Assembly: GCA_965113315.1 (NCBI GenBank) | Contig: OZ220368.1 | Direction: 5' to 3' (one strand) | Length of the DNA: 64,000 bases | From: Podarcis vaucheri | Lineage: Eukaryota | In this document: piece after piece, positions 49,614 through 63,598 of the stretch | How the letters are laid out: every line of letters starts with the position of its first letter | Numbering within the stretch: the stretch's first letter is position 1 | Position numbers and translations under genes: made by a program | Notes under the pieces: generated by a model | Seen by the model: the letters and a program-made list of their open reading frames with translations, nothing else | Told to the model about the DNA's origin: nothing | Database searches by the model: none

Positions 49614-49838
49614 ACCTGTATTCAGCTCCAAGTCTCAACATCAGTCGGATGGGAAATACTTTGGCCCAAGGAGTCTCCCATTTCTGGATAAGGATTCCAA
49701 ATAAATATGGTGGAGTGGGGAGCACCAAGTCCTGCAGCGACTGATACACAGGTGTAACATACAAGAAGCCGCCATGCTCCTTACTGCCGAGAAAACTCTG
49801 ACTGAAAAAGGAATGTCCTAAATTACCCACAACACTGC
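49614..49838 (-). CDS. ZFYVE9: ZFYVE9 exon ([27 protein letters not shown]...RLGAEYR)
   Basis: tag acceptor, gtaagt donor, phase 1-1. Confidence 0.95.
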
Positions 49839-51875
49839 CTATGGAAACAAGAGAAATAGTTATTATTAATGGCTATATATCCAAAAGGCAAGATAAAATT
49901 GCACAGAGATCCTACTTCCTCTTGTGCTACTTGTGACACAGAAGAAAACATTTTTAAAGAAATGTTAAGGTATACTAACTTAAATTACCCATTTGCAGCA
50001 GATATACCAAAATAAAAGCAAAAGGAATTTTATTCAATAGTATATAATGCTTTGTTTTTCCAGTTTAATTAGAAAAGTTCTGCACACACTTATTGATTTC
50101 ATTTCTAGGTATTTGCAACTGAAATCTCTACAGTGTAGATTCCCTGCCACAAAAAAACCCCAAGAACCCTGATCCCAAAAGGGATACGAAAAAAGCAACT
50201 CCACAAACATTGCAACATTCTGAAGCAGCCATATGCTGAGTCTTAGGCTAGAGATGGAATATACGGTAATTTTAAGAAAGTGTTTTGAAATAAATGTTGC
50301 ACTTCTCATGTTTAGTACAAAATACTTTTATCCAAAAGTTTGACCTCTTGTCAAACAGGATTTGCAGGTCTTAGAAATGACACCAAATCCTGCCAAGCAA
50401 TTTTATCAGATGTGAAGGTGTGATGAGTATATACATACCATGAGCAGCACACTTAATTCACTCCCAACTTCCTGAGAAAACTTTGTCTCTGGGCTTAACT
50501 TGGTAGATTATTTATTACTATTATATACATTACTATTATTATATACAGAGAAAACCTTTGTTTCAATAGTGAAATTATATGTCATAGGTTTTAAACCAGT
50601 ACCAATACCATGCTTTATACTGTTGCATTTTAACAACAAAGGATGTTAATGAAAAAGAGAATGCTTAAAAGTTAATAATATGTGATGTTGAAAATGTTGG
50701 ATCTAAGATTAAGGACACTCAGGTACAAATTTCTACTCAGCCATGAAGCTATGACCTGCAGGTACTAGATATGCAGCCCAAGCACATACAACTCTTAAAG
50801 CTCTAAGCCCTGCTTAAAATTTATCCACTGTTCTATAGCAGAAATCCTTTACAAATTTCCCACTCCCTTCAGCTTTTCAGAAATAATTACACACAGTGTA
50901 CCCTCTATTTATTACAGGCATGTTTTGCCTTATAAGAAACCAGAAGCCTTCTACCTGGCGTTACTCGGAAATTTTAAGAAACCCCAAAATCAGCACCGTT
51001 TTGAAAGGTTCAGTCTGCTATCTTGATTTGAAAAACCTGCTCCCTGATCTCGGGAACCAGCAATTTTTTAAAATGCTGTGTTAAGAGGTGTTCCAAAGCA
51101 TAGCAAACAAATGAACAACTTTCCAAAATATGTAGCAGAATGGTTAAGACACAGTTGTCTTATTCATTGCACTTATAGTAAATAACTTTACAGCAAGCTG
51201 TTTCTGATAACCCCCTAGCAGTGTTAATTTAGTGTACTGTACTGCATCCCTCCACAACTCTCTCTCAACTACTTACAATGTCAGAACATAAGCAAGCCAC
51301 ATACTAAGAGTGTATTATGGACCACTGCAGAAATTGATTTAGAGTGCTATGAGTCATGAAGATCATCTGCTCACAAAACAAGAATCCTTTTTGTATCCAG
51401 CACAGTAACTCATGATTTAATTTGACTGCCTTACATTTCTGAACTACAGAAATAGAAAATGCCCCCTCCCCAAAAAGAATCATAAAAGTCAGCAGTACTG
51501 GTATTAAATTTTGGCTTTTGATTAAAAATAACAAAGCCCCGAAACTCTGCTTCCCTCACAGCATTGAAGAACAGTATATCAAAGAATACCAAAAATAGAA
51601 TTCAAATACACATTATGTAGAGGTCATAAATTATGCAACACTGTAGTGAAATTGCACATAGTAATAACTGTAGTATGCTGGATCAAAGTTCAATCAGCAT
51701 CTGAAGAAAAGGCAGAGAGCCCTTTGGTTACTTAAATATTATTTAATAATGTACAAATATGGACTATTTTATAAAAGAATCTAGAAGGCACAGCTACACA
51801 ACTGTGATGACTTAATAATTCAAGTAATTTAGCTGTCAGCAGTCATCACAATTTTCAAATAGGCAGTTCTCTCAC

Positions 51876-52031
51876 CTGCCAAAGCATCTCTATAAAGCTG
51901 CACAAAGTGGTTGAAAATATCCTTCGGCAAACACTTCTCATCAGGTAAGCACTGGAGAAGAATTACTATTTCTGACTGGCCTACAGCATGCATTCCTTTT
52001 GTAGTGAAGCACCAGCACTTCCTGTTCACAT
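51876..52031 (-). CDS. ZFYVE9: ZFYVE9 exon (VNRKCWCFTTKGMHAVGQSEIVILLQCLPDEKCLPKDIFNHFVQLYRDALA)
   Basis: cag acceptor, gtgaga donor, phase 1-1. Confidence 0.95.
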
Positions 52032-52082
52032 CTGTAGAAGGGAAAGCACAAAGAGGGTTTGTAAAAATAAACATATGGAGTA

Positions 52083-52341
52083 CAGTCATACCTCGTATTG
52101 TGTACGCTTCATGTTGTGTCTTTTCACGTTACATCTCGTGGCAACGCGGAAGTACCAGAACAGGTTACTTCTGGGTTTCGCCGCTCGCACCTGCACAAAG
52201 CGCTAAATCATGTTTTGCGCATGTGCAGAAGCGCCAAATTGTGCCACATGCCTGTGCAGACACAGAGCTTCGAGTTGCGGGCATTTCACGTTACGGACGG
52301 GCCTCCGGAACGGATTCCATCCATAACACGAGGTACCACGA
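52083..52341. mobile_element. Tigger-like MITE, 51 bp from a ZFYVE9 exon start
   Basis: TA-CAGTCATACCTCG left end, CGAGGTACCAC right end, internal CGGAAGT/TGCGCATGTGCAGAAG motifs. Confidence 0.75.
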
Positions 52342-53123
52342 TAAATGCAAAATTAATGAAGACATTACTGTAGGCTGCTTATTTGCCAAGGCCAAACTAA
52401 ACACAACAGAGCTCTCTGACTCAGGATCTCATTTATATATAAAAAAACCATGTATGGTTTTTGTGTATGGGTTGTGTGTAGATTTTAGACAACAGTACTG
52501 GGTGATTCAGGGTTTGACCCTTCTTGCAATATCACTTTCCTCAATTAAAACCCTGCCCAAGTTATTCACCCTGCAGGTTAAAAGTCTTAGTTACTATAAG
52601 GTTGTATTTCTGACCCAATATGGTAACCTCTGCATTTGCTAGTCTTTACATTTTAAGTCTCTCCTCTCAGCACAGCACTGCAATGGGGAGGAATCCCTCA
52701 AATTGGCAGGATTATGGCTTGTGTCTGCCATTGTGCATCTGTGTGCCTGCCTGTGTGTGCACAGGCTTGGTCGGGGAGAGGCACAAAGCTAGGGGACAGC
52801 AAAGTTCATTTTGACAACATCCTCCACTGACATGAAGCCCTTAGACCAAATAAGGTTAGCCACCCCTAGTTTAACCACATAGGTTAAACTAGGCATTCAT
52901 CTAAGCTGCTAGCATGCGTGAAATGAGGTACCTTGCGCAACAGGACTTCTCTCCACTTCTCCCACCTGTACTTCCAAAATCAGCTATGGAGCGTTTCAAG
53001 GAACCCTCAGAACAGGTTTAGGGGACAAATGGGGAGAGAAGAGCAAGGGAAGTCCCACTGCACGAGTAGACCCTTGTTCCCTGTAGGTGTACCCCTCTTA
53101 GAGTTATGCTGAATTACACCATA

Positions 53124-53487
53124 AAGGTAAAGGTACCCCTGCCCGTATGGGCCAGTCTTGACAGACTCTAGGGTTGTGCGCTCATCTCACTCTAGAGGCC
53201 GGGAGCCAGCGCTGTCCGTAGACACTTCCGGGTCACGTGGCCAGCGTGACGAAGCTGCTCTGGCGAACCGGCACCAGAGCAGCACACGGAAACGCCATTT
53301 ACCTTCCCGCTATAAAGCGGTACCTGTTTATCTACTTGCACTTAAGGGTGCTTTCGAACTGCTAGGTGGGCAGGAGCTGGGACCGAACGACGGGAGCTCA
53401 CCCCGCCGCGGGGATTCAAACCGCTGACCATGCGATCGGCAAGTCCTAGGCGCTGAGGTTTTACCCACAGCGCCACCCCGCGTCCCC
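53124..53487 (-). mobile_element. Full-length Sauria SINE
   Basis: Minus-strand head GGGGACGCGGGGTGGCGCTGTGGGTAAAACC, tail (ACCTTT)2, perfect 13-bp TSD GAATTACACCATA (53111-53123, 53488-53500). Confidence 0.93.
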
Positions 53488-53875
53488 GAATTACACCATA
53501 GATAATCTTAAATCCTGGATATTTTGAACTGCATCTTGTTATGCTCATAGGAAGTATGATTTTATAAACCCCATCATTCAGCGTACTGAAGTTCCACTGT
53601 AATATCATGCTGCTATTAAATCAAGAAATCATCAGTAGCAAGACTAGCACGTCTTTTAAATATGTGAATTCATATATTGGGCCTCAGAAAATAATATCCT
53701 GGATTTTGGCACACAATCACTTCCAAGACACAGATCAGAAAGACAATTCACCACTGTTACTTGAAGGTGATTTTCTGCAGTGCAAGAAGTTTTTCACAGG
53801 GAAATGTTTTATAAAGCAAAGGAAATTGATTCATTGCAAGATCGTTTTATCATCATCCAAATAAACTGGACTTAC

Positions 53876-53998
53876 AGTTCACAATTTTAACCATGGACAG
53901 CAAATTTGCATTTAAAACAAACACAAGGGGGTCAGGGCCACCATCTTCCAACTGCTGCATCACTGATATATGAGATGGTTTTTCTTCTACAGCATAAT
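53876..53998 (-). CDS. ZFYVE9: ZFYVE9 exon (YAVEEKPSHISVMQQLEDGGPDPLVFVLNANLLSMVKIVN)
   Basis: cag acceptor, gtaagt donor, phase 1-1. Confidence 0.94.
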
Positions 53999-55740
53999 CT
54001 GAAAGCAAAAAAGGTAGCTGTCAAATGATGGTTGTCAAGTGTCTTATGCAATTTGGCAATAGCGTATCTCTCATATTTAAGTACTGTGTGGTCTGTCACC
54101 TTATTCAAATGGATGGGTGGAGGATTTTTTAAAAATGAGATCCCCCCCCAACATTTCATTGGGTTTAGGTAACATCTGAAAAATGCATGCTATCAGTAAT
54201 ACCTACAACAACAGTGAAAGTATTACTGTGAAATCAATTACTGAATACTATTGCCTGTTCTTAAAAAATGAAATAGCATTTGTTTAACAGACCCATAATA
54301 AATACCTTTGTAAATCTTTATTTGATAGTGCAACAAAAATAGATTTCTACCCTGGGGCTTCTACACAACATACCTCTATGTCAAGCACAGTATATGGCAT
54401 TAAACATAACCATTATAAACCAGTTTTGGCATCTCAGTCATGTATTGCAAATATATGCAGGCTGACCCTCAAAATGATCAAAAGGATTGGTGGGGTTTCC
54501 ATGGGGAAGACCAGCTTATATATGCTAAGGAAGCCAAGGGGTGCAGTATAACTATGTGCTTTGCATGTGGATATACATTCCTGTGTGATCCTGTCAATAA
54601 AAGTTCAATAAAAGGGGTAGAATGCAGGTTCTCACTCCTCAATCAAAGTCCTTCATTTTTCATGAGAGGAGCAAATGGGAATCATTTACTGCCATGGGAG
54701 ATATTAAAGGTATGCACACAGGGGTACCACTGGGTAAGATATAAATTTTCTCCCTATAACTGTAGACCCTAGCCACCGATCACCAAGCCTTCTTCTATCT
54801 GCATAGCCCTGGCCTTTCTTCTGTTCCATGCTAGAGTATGATGGAATATTGGGAAGTGGCTTTTATTTGCTTATGTTTACAGTGCCATTATATATAACAA
54901 TATCAATTAATGAAATCATATTTAAAGGCTATATTCTGAAGCATTCCCATAAACACAAATTCATGAATCCCTTCTAGATTTCCTTTTTAAAAAACTTTAT
55001 TTGACTATCAGGACTTTTGACAGAATGAAGTGTTTGTCAGGTATAAGATTTACTGCAAAAAAATAACTTGGAATTTATCCATAAATTTGGAATATATCCA
55101 TAGTCATTGGTTCTTAATTAGTGAGTTTATCAACTGGTCAGTTTTAGTTGTTTAAATAACTAAACAAATAGTACTTGCAACTCGTGGTAGTATTTTATGA
55201 AGAGTCTTATTTCACAGGCAATCATTTAGTTTTATCTATTGCAAACAAGTAGCTACACATAGATATTATTCTCCACTGCTTCAAATTGCAGAAACTTCAT
55301 GACATTGATATGGAAGATGTAAACAAGAAAAATTGGCAGTATGCCAACAGATCAGACTGGATATTAGGTACTTTCTGTATGTGTGACTACACACCGTAGT
55401 GCTGATAACGTCTAGCTCAGCTCAGAAAAGGACTACCCCAGAAATTGGTACTTTCCTAGAAATGCAATCCCTTCTTCCAATTTCACATGCATCCAAGTCG
55501 CCTTTTGAACTCCCATCACTATTCAGTACACCTGAATGATTATATGTACACAGAATCCCCATTTGTGTTAGAGATAACAGATATTTTATTAAGCCTGACC
55601 TTGCCTGTTAATATTCAGCCCACTGACAGTCAAGACTATTTGACCTTGATCCAGAAGACTTTGGTTTCAATATGGACTGCTCTAGGATGGAATGTTACTC
55701 ATTAAACCCAAAAACAGACACACCACAGTTTAATTCTCAC

Positions 55741-55864
55741 CTCCTTTCACCCCCGTAGAAATAAGAATTGGAGGAAGCCCATCTTCTGGAATAAGATTCA
55801 TCGCACTGCCAACTGGACTTCCAACCTGAGTAATGCTTCTTGAAAATGCAAGTGTGTTTTCAGT
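55741..55864 (-). CDS. ZFYVE9: ZFYVE9 exon (TENTLAFSRSITQVGSPVGSAMNLIPEDGLPPILISTGVKG)
   Basis: tag acceptor, gtgaga donor, phase 0-1. Confidence 0.93.
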
Positions 55865-56070
55865 CTACAAGAAGCAGTAAACAACAACACTATGTAAATG
55901 CATAACTAGACATATTTTACTCTTCATTTTGTAAAATACAAGATACAAAAACAATCTGTACTATAGGCTCTCATGTAAAAATACATTGCTAGGGAAGCTA
56001 CTTCTGCCTGTACCCTCTGACCAAGAGACATGTCCAACATATTACAACAAAAATCAGAGCTTTTCCTCAC

Positions 56071-56240
56071 CTCTACGGGTGAAGTAGTGTTGCTCATGGG
56101 TTTGCTTGGATCATGTGACACTGCTAGCGCTCCAGGGGAGGTTGTTCCAGCCACTGTCAATTTGGCTGCATCAGCAACTTCCCCATTGGGTAAGATGCCA
56201 TCAGCAAACCAAACACGTCTTTGTTCTCTGGGCTGAGCCA
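56071..56240 (-). CDS. ZFYVE9: ZFYVE9 exon with RVxF PP1-docking motif ([20 protein letters not shown]...)
   Basis: tag acceptor, gtgagg donor, phase 1-0. Confidence 0.95.
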
Positions 56241-57207
56241 CTAAGGAAGAGATGGGAACAACTCATCAAAAGAAATGCATGCATGAAAAGAGAAGTGAAG
56301 CTAGCTGGCTTTAATTGAGATACAGAAATACACTGAAACACAAACAAAAAAACAGCGATAGGGATTTGAATATTTCCAATGCCACAACCAAATAAAGAAG
56401 AATCTGATTTTGGTTCAACAGTTCCCATAGTGGTTGTCTTTTAAGGCAGCTTGTCTTTTCATCAGCAGTTGAAGATATTTTTTAAAAAGAACATTGTAAA
56501 TAGTAAGTTTATCTTTAGTGATAACCAGATTAATATTCAATCATTTAGATCTAAGCATCTTGATCCTATAGTTAATCTCTAAACTGAATAAATACCTCCA
56601 CCAGATACATTGAGTTAAGGAGGCTTTCCTATGCAAATAAAGAACCAGTTTGAGCAGTTCTCAAACACTGACATTTACATGAGCAGATATAGCCATTTCA
56701 TTTTCACTTGATGAAAATAAACTGCTTTAGAGTGCTGAGTAACTATCAGACCATACTTCTCATCAGCCATGGGTGTTTCATATACCCACTTGCCTTTGAG
56801 TAAATCCCATGGAATTGGGATTCTACTGTTATTTTTACACAAACTATCACAGGTGCTGGTCATCTGAAAGACCCTATATGCCAACAATCACTTTATAGGT
56901 AAAAACAGGTAAGGTTGTAAAATGTATACAGTGCAACAAAGATGGTTGAGTGGTCAGATCTGCACCACTGTTTAGGAATTATATGAAGAAGTATCAAAGG
57001 GAAACTTGACATAAACTACTGACTTAGATGTCTTTTTTTCAAGTCACTTGGGTAGGAAAAATTGCTACAGCAGAAACAACAAATGAAGTTCAGGCTCCGC
57101 AAATAGTTTTTCCTTATGTGTGCATGTCACTTCTTTGGACTGCAGCCCAAGTAAATAATACTAATCAGCATTAACACTAATCAGCATTTTGATAACACAC
57201 TTAGAAT

Positions 57208-57405
57208 TCAGAAGTACTCTGTATGATGGCAGAGGTCATCATACAGGGTGACCAAAGCAGTTTCTGTGCCAAAACTGGGCTTAAACCTCGATTGAAATGG
57301 ATCCAGAAACTCAGTTTCTTCCAAAAGTGCCTGGATCTGGTCTGCAACCACTTGCTCCAGAACCTTGCTCAAGAAAGGGAGATTTAGCAACTGGCTGGTA
57401 GTTAG
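57208..57405 (-). mobile_element. L2/CR1-group LINE reverse-transcriptase fragment
   Basis: NLPFLSKVLEQVVADQIQALLEETEFLDPFQSRFKPSFGTETALVTLYDDL matches the typical L2 RT N-terminal motifs. Confidence 0.85.
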
Positions 57406-57544
57406 CTAGGTTTTTCGAATCCAAGGAAGGCTTTTAAAGGAATGGTTTCACCACTGCCTCCTTCAAACAGGCAGGGACCACCCCCTCTCATAAAGAGGGG
57501 GAGTAGGGAGATGGAATCTAAGCAGAAGAAAAGAAGATCCCTAC

Positions 57545-57721
57545 CTTCTGCACCTGGATGCTTTAGGACTCCCACAGGTACCATAACAGTAGGTGGTGGA
57601 GAGTTCAGAGCTCCAGAAGCCTGTGCTTGCTGTAAGGGAGGAATGGTAGAACAGTACTCAGCAGGATTGTTAGGATTAGGGCTCTGGCTTGAGGCACTCA
57701 TCATGTTCTCCCAGGCTTGTG
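57545..57721 (-). CDS. ZFYVE9: ZFYVE9 Smad-binding-domain exon (QAWENMMSASSQSPNPNNPAEYCSTIPPLQQAQ...)
   Basis: SBD sequence, tag acceptor, gtaggg donor, phase 1-1. Confidence 0.95.
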
Positions 57722-59009
57722 CTAAGGAAACACAAAACACACAAAAAGGCAATCAGTACACCAGAAAAATCATGCAACCACTGCAATTCTAAGTTTTGCG
57801 ATATATCAGATTAATGGCTCTTTTCCTTCATCAGAAAATATATTTATGCAACTATAAGTCCTGAACCTATCCAGGTGTGGTCTAAACATCTGCCTCTGCT
57901 CCCTAAGATGATGTAGCAATCTGAAGGAGGCAATGTAGACAGCTCTGCCTTTTCTAAAATATTTCATGCTCACATCCATACTTGTTTTTTTCATCAGCAA
58001 TACTGGGATATGGCTGCTCCTTGGATGCCCTCTGGATGATTGGCAGAGATAGTGGAGCTGTCCACTTATGCCGATAGCCCAGTACCCCATGCTCAGGAAA
58101 GCACAGAACTAGATTATAACTTTAACAAAGTCAAAAAGCAAAAATAAAGACGAATCTCAAAATATTAGACGAAATCCACTGAATTGTTGGCACCTTTAGC
58201 ATCAAATGCTGTGTAACTGAGAAATATGATTATTGAAATTATTAATACTGGAAAAATATATTTACTACAAAATACTGACTCAGCCTAGAGCTTCAAAGGA
58301 TACCTAAAGGGTGGTGGCATGTTCAAGAGTCTGATCTTATCTCCTCTTGGGCCTCTGTGCTATGAAAAAAATATAACCACTATAAAAGGGATTCCTATCC
58401 AACTTTCCTTTACAATCTTTATGAATTATCTGGAAATGATTTTTTTAAAAAAATAGGAACGTGTCTGGGACTGTAAGTAGATGAGCACCAAAACACAAAC
58501 ACCACACTTCTCTATTCCACCCCATCCACTTCAACATTCCCACAAGTCAGCCACCAATTGAACAATCACTGCTTCAGCCTCCTGAAGCAAAGAATGATGA
58601 AGTACTTGTTGTACTGTACCCAAATACACCAAAGTAACTAACTGACAAACAACAGGAAAGCAGCAGCATCACCTACCACTGCAATGTCATAGAACATAGA
58701 TGCAGCTTGGTTCCAGGCACAGAAATACATTCACCTACAGGCAATGTGGACCCTCTTATAAATACTTTTTCTTTCCCATCACTAATGAGTAATGGAAAGG
58801 AAAGGCTTCTGAAGGGAAATTACAGCTCAATTAATTTTATTAGACCTTGTTAACAAAAGACGTTCAGATACAAATGAACCTATATCAGGTTCCAACCTTG
58901 CACAAGTACAACCCAAAAGTATTATGCATTAACCAAATGGAGTCAGCTACCTTTGTTACAAAAGCAAGAGTGTTTCACGACATTGACTCAGGGCATCCTT
59001 AAGAAGGAT

Positions 59010-59170
59010 TTGCCCTGTAAGCAGAAGGTTCCAGGTTCAATCACTGCCATCTCCAAGAAGGACTGGAAATGTCACCTGCCTGAAGGCCTGCAGAGCTGCT
59101 GTTGCTCAATGCAGATGACACTGTGCGTGATGGACCGCTTGTCTGACTTGAAATAATGCAGCTTCCTATG
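59010..59170 (+). mobile_element. Degenerate tRNA-derived squamate SINE with CR1-like tail
   Basis: CAGAAGGTTCCAGGTTCAATC B-box region and GATGGACC..GTCTGACT..GCAGCTTCCTATG tail. Confidence 0.6.
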
Positions 59171-60051
59171 CAACTCCCCCCTCTTCTCAGAGAATAATAT
59201 TTCTTGTCCTCAAAAATCAATGTCACTTTAGTCACTACTTTTTAATTCATAGTTGCAATAAACCCACCATTTCCTGTCACATTTCTATCAGCCTATAGGG
59301 AGAGATGTTAATATTTAATGCTTTAAATAGCACTGTACTTAAACTGCGGTAGCTCATTGTCAAAACGCAGTACAAAATTTAACAACATAATTCTTAGAAT
59401 CCTTTTGAGACAGATAAGAAGTGACATTTCAGAGCTTATATACTCAGCTTTTCAGGCCAGGCATCTTTTCAGGCACCAAAAATGTAATGTATGAAGCACA
59501 AAATGTCTGGAGCTACTGTCAAGATCACTGCCTTACATAAATCACTTGCAAGCGTTTATTCTCTCTCATCTTCTAAGTCATGAAAGCAAAATTTACTGTG
59601 TTTTTGTGTGCTCAAAAGGAGTTCCCACAACCAGGAACACTGTTTTGGGACAGAAGATTAAATTGCAACAAACCGTACACCTACCTCTACCTCTACTTGT
59701 ATAGAAGGTGCACGGATTTCTACCTGAAAAAGTGACTTCAAGTCATCTGACACTATTTAAAGCTCTGATAGGATCCAGATCAATCACACTCCATGCACAA
59801 ACATTGAGCCTGCCTAATTTCTTCTGTAAATCAGGAATTGTGGAAACAGGTTAGTTTTGAAATAGCTCATGAGTACAGATAGGCTTTAGATTGGGACATC
59901 ACTTTAGAAAATAATTATCCATATTGAAATAATTTCCAGTAGGGAAACAAAACGCACTAGGCCACATTATTTATCCCACTCATGTACATGGTTGGTTCTG
60001 TACAGCACAATGTTAGTGGAACTTACATTTAGTTCCTACCCTGTTACTTAC

Positions 60052-60151
60052 CATTCATTAGGACCGAATGGCAAATTACACACACTCTGGCTTCCTTTCT
60101 GTCCATATACAGCAGTTTGCATTTTAGACTGCAGCAGGCTGCACAGAATAC
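60052..60151 (-). CDS. ZFYVE9: ZFYVE9 exon, second half of FYVE (VFCAACCSLKCKLLYMDRKEARVCVICHSVLMN)
   Basis: RVC motif, aag acceptor, gtaagt donor, phase 0-1. Confidence 0.95.
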
Positions 60152-63100
60152 CTTAAGTAAAATAGGAAAAATATATTCAGTCATTTAGCACTCTTTTATG
60201 ACTACAAGTTTTCAGATTGAATTCTGTACCTAATTAGCCAACACTCACCAGTGCTGCTTTATCCTCATCCTACAGGAAAAGTGCTAGAATGACACTCCCC
60301 CCAAAAAAAACCCCACCACCAACAACAACCCAAATCAACCTTAGTACAATATTCCTGTCTTGTAATGAGTTATGGGATTTATACTGATCAGACAGAATAT
60401 AACTTAATGGGATATAATAAAACTAGAGGCACCCATTATCACATTATTTGATTATGCTGAAAACAGGAAATGTCTGAGTTAATATTGTGGTATTCCTATG
60501 CAGAATATCAAAATCTTACAGTCTTTATAACCTTGGCCACTTTCCCACTTCATTAAATAAAGTCATTAGAGGTCTGAACACACTTGCCCTCAACTCTGTG
60601 TTGAGGTCTCAATGCACCTACACTGAAACAGTTAGCCAGTCAACATTTACAGTTTCATAGCGGCCAAGCTTTACTTCACCTTTATCAAACAGCAAATATA
60701 CTCAAGCATAGTCAAAATGCACCAAAAATAGCTCCTGGTTTTAATTCAGGAAGTAAGGCTGGTTTTGTCCTATTAGTTATTGCCTTATATTGCATAGACG
60801 GTAGCATTTCAATTTCTAATGAGGTTCTTGTACTCTTTCCTTCCTGTGATCTAACAATATATATTTAATGAAAAATTAAACAGCCGCTCAACTTTGAATG
60901 AAATTTCCACACTCCAAAAAAACATACAATATTTTATATTTCTACACTCATGGAGGAATTGTTGCTGGAAAATTCAGCTCAACAGTAGACTAGGATGGAA
61001 ATTTAAATTTATGAAAAAAATCAGTGCCCTAAGCTGGGAAATGAAATATTAACTTTTCATTCATAATTTACTATTCCAAACATCCCAACTACATTAAACA
61101 AACCAAATATTTAACAATAATCCTTTCACAGAAATGAAAACTTTAGATTAATTGTTGAAAATTCTTGTAGCATGTATAGAAGATGTCTCTTCCCCCATTA
61201 TCTCACTGAGAAAGAAAAATACAAACTGACCTAATCTCTACAGGGGATCTCCCCAAATCAATTGTTATATCTTTTTTTTAACCCATGTTCAGGACCATCT
61301 TTGCTAAAGTTGGATTCAGTGAGCTGCAAGTTATTATGTAACTTATTCACTGGAGAAAAAGAGTATCACACTGGATACAGTAATGCTTATTCAAACAAAG
61401 TCAAGGTCAATGAAAAATCTGCTGCCCAGAGGAAATGAACTGTAAATAAAGCAATGCCAAAATGCTTCGTGTAAAGGAAAACATCAGCATAGTGTTGGGT
61501 ATTATAGTGATTATTACCTATACCAATTTGTGCATCAGCATGAAATATTAAGGGAGAGAGAGGTTCTTATACAGCAATAAACTACAGTGGTGCTATCAGG
61601 GCAGTGACATGCAATCCCACTTTCAATACTGTTTGTACCTGCAAAGGTTTTGGGGCAGCCACATTTCTTCATTTTCAACCAGTGCATATCCTGTAACTGT
61701 CTGCTGAAACCCTATTACTTTTTATACCGCAAACGTTCTGGTTTTGTTGCACAAATGTTGTTACAACAATAATGAGGCAGCACTGGGGCAGCATCACAGA
61801 ACAAATTTAAGCAAAATAAATCCACCACTTTTGCACTATTATTGTGCCAAGGATACGTTGCAGAATAAACCTGTGATAAAACACCAGCCTGAAGGGGCTC
61901 TCAGTGTAAAACAAGTTTCAGATGGGAAGAAAGAGGTGTCTATTACAGTTAAATGGTTTAAAAAGGCCTAACGTTTTACTACAAGCAGGAATCCCACTGA
62001 AAGAAAAGCCCCTGTGCTTTCTTTGATAAATAAAATGGATAATTGCTAAAGAAAACACTTCCATTTCTACAGCACCATGCACAGCTGTGCTGATTACAGA
62101 TCTTTTATTCACTTAATTCTACTTTACCTTGTCTTAGTTGAGAACAATATTCAAGTCTGTATTTTTATAAGGCCCCAAGATATCAGGCTTATTTTACATC
62201 CAATTTAAAATGAAAGCACAGAAATCCTAAATGCCACACATTTACTTATTTCTCAGGAATATTTAAAAAACAAAATATTGATATTTTTTCAGCTGAAAAC
62301 CGGATAACATGATACAAAACCAGGCTTACAAATGACTTTTTGTTTGGTCACTTATGCTAAGTCAGCATTCCTTTCAGGCAACCAGACAGAAAATATTTTT
62401 CATCATCTCTAAATCTGCTAATGAGTTAGTTACATGAAGGCAGGTGGGATATAAAGATTTTGTGGGAACATATTGTTTGTGGACTTATTTCTACTGATGT
62501 GTGCTAAAACCACTTGTAAAATGGTCCAACCTGTATAAGAAGCACTTGTACAGAGAAGTGCTTTACCCATTACCAACATCATGTATTTTTAGCTATCACA
62601 ACATTCCCTCTCCACCCTGGAGTCTTCTAAGAATTTGGAGTGGTGTTATATTGTAATAGTGATACCACAAATGTATGAAATAACAAGCAAATCAATTAAT
62701 TCTTGGCTGATCAATCATTCAGGGCAGAGACTGCTTACTGTTTGCAGCAACGGCTTGAAAGCATGGCAAGCACCTTAGAGAACGACATACAACACTCTTC
62801 TTAAAAAGGAAAAGGCAAGTCAGGGAACAGCCACTGCCTGAAGACACCTCTTTTCCCCTCCCTCTGCTTTCACCCTTTCTGATATGGAGCAGGAAAGGCC
62901 AGCAGAAGGGTTGCCAATTTGGTCTCCATGGCCGGGCTCACCAGCTGCCAAACCGCCTCCCAACCTCTCATCATGGACCACCCCACAGCTTGAAAGCTGG
63001 GGTGAAGGTTGGCTGTTTATTACTCTTGCCAGAATGTGATGCCACACTCACCACGGCAAGCAGCCTATAGTGAAAAGTGGTTTACCCAGTGGGGCAGAGC

Positions 63101-63598
63101 AGCACCCTAGATTCCCATCAGCTGGGCTGCTGCTGCTGCTACTTATCAGGAGGAGGAAGCCAAGGTATGAGGCATAACAGAAGTTGGTGTGGTGCGTCCA
63201 CACTGGCAAAGTCAATCCGGCATTCCCGCCAGTTGAGCCACACCACACTGACCTCTGTCACCTTGCTCCACTACCTCCCAGTAAGCTGCAGCAACAACAC
63301 CTCTGCCAGAAACCTAGTGCTGCAGCTCTGCTTCTGCCTATACTTTATCACAAAGTGTGCTGGGGGGGGGACCCCATAAGATTCAATAAGTTATTTATTT
63401 GGGGAGTATACTTGTTTTCTAGCTTGATGCAAAACTAACAATTAATAATACCTTTAACACTCATATTATTTTCAGTAGCCATTAAAATAGATATCTAACC
63501 TTACTTTGCTAAAAACTACAAAATGCTTACTAAAAATATCCCCCCCAATTCTGTGGCTTCAATCATTTGTGAAAATATTTCATTAAATATAAACATAC

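Noticed and set aside
51911-52642. Longest ORF in the track (243 aa, + strand)
   Set aside because: Composite of an antisense ZFYVE9 exon, a MITE and intron; no recognisable domain
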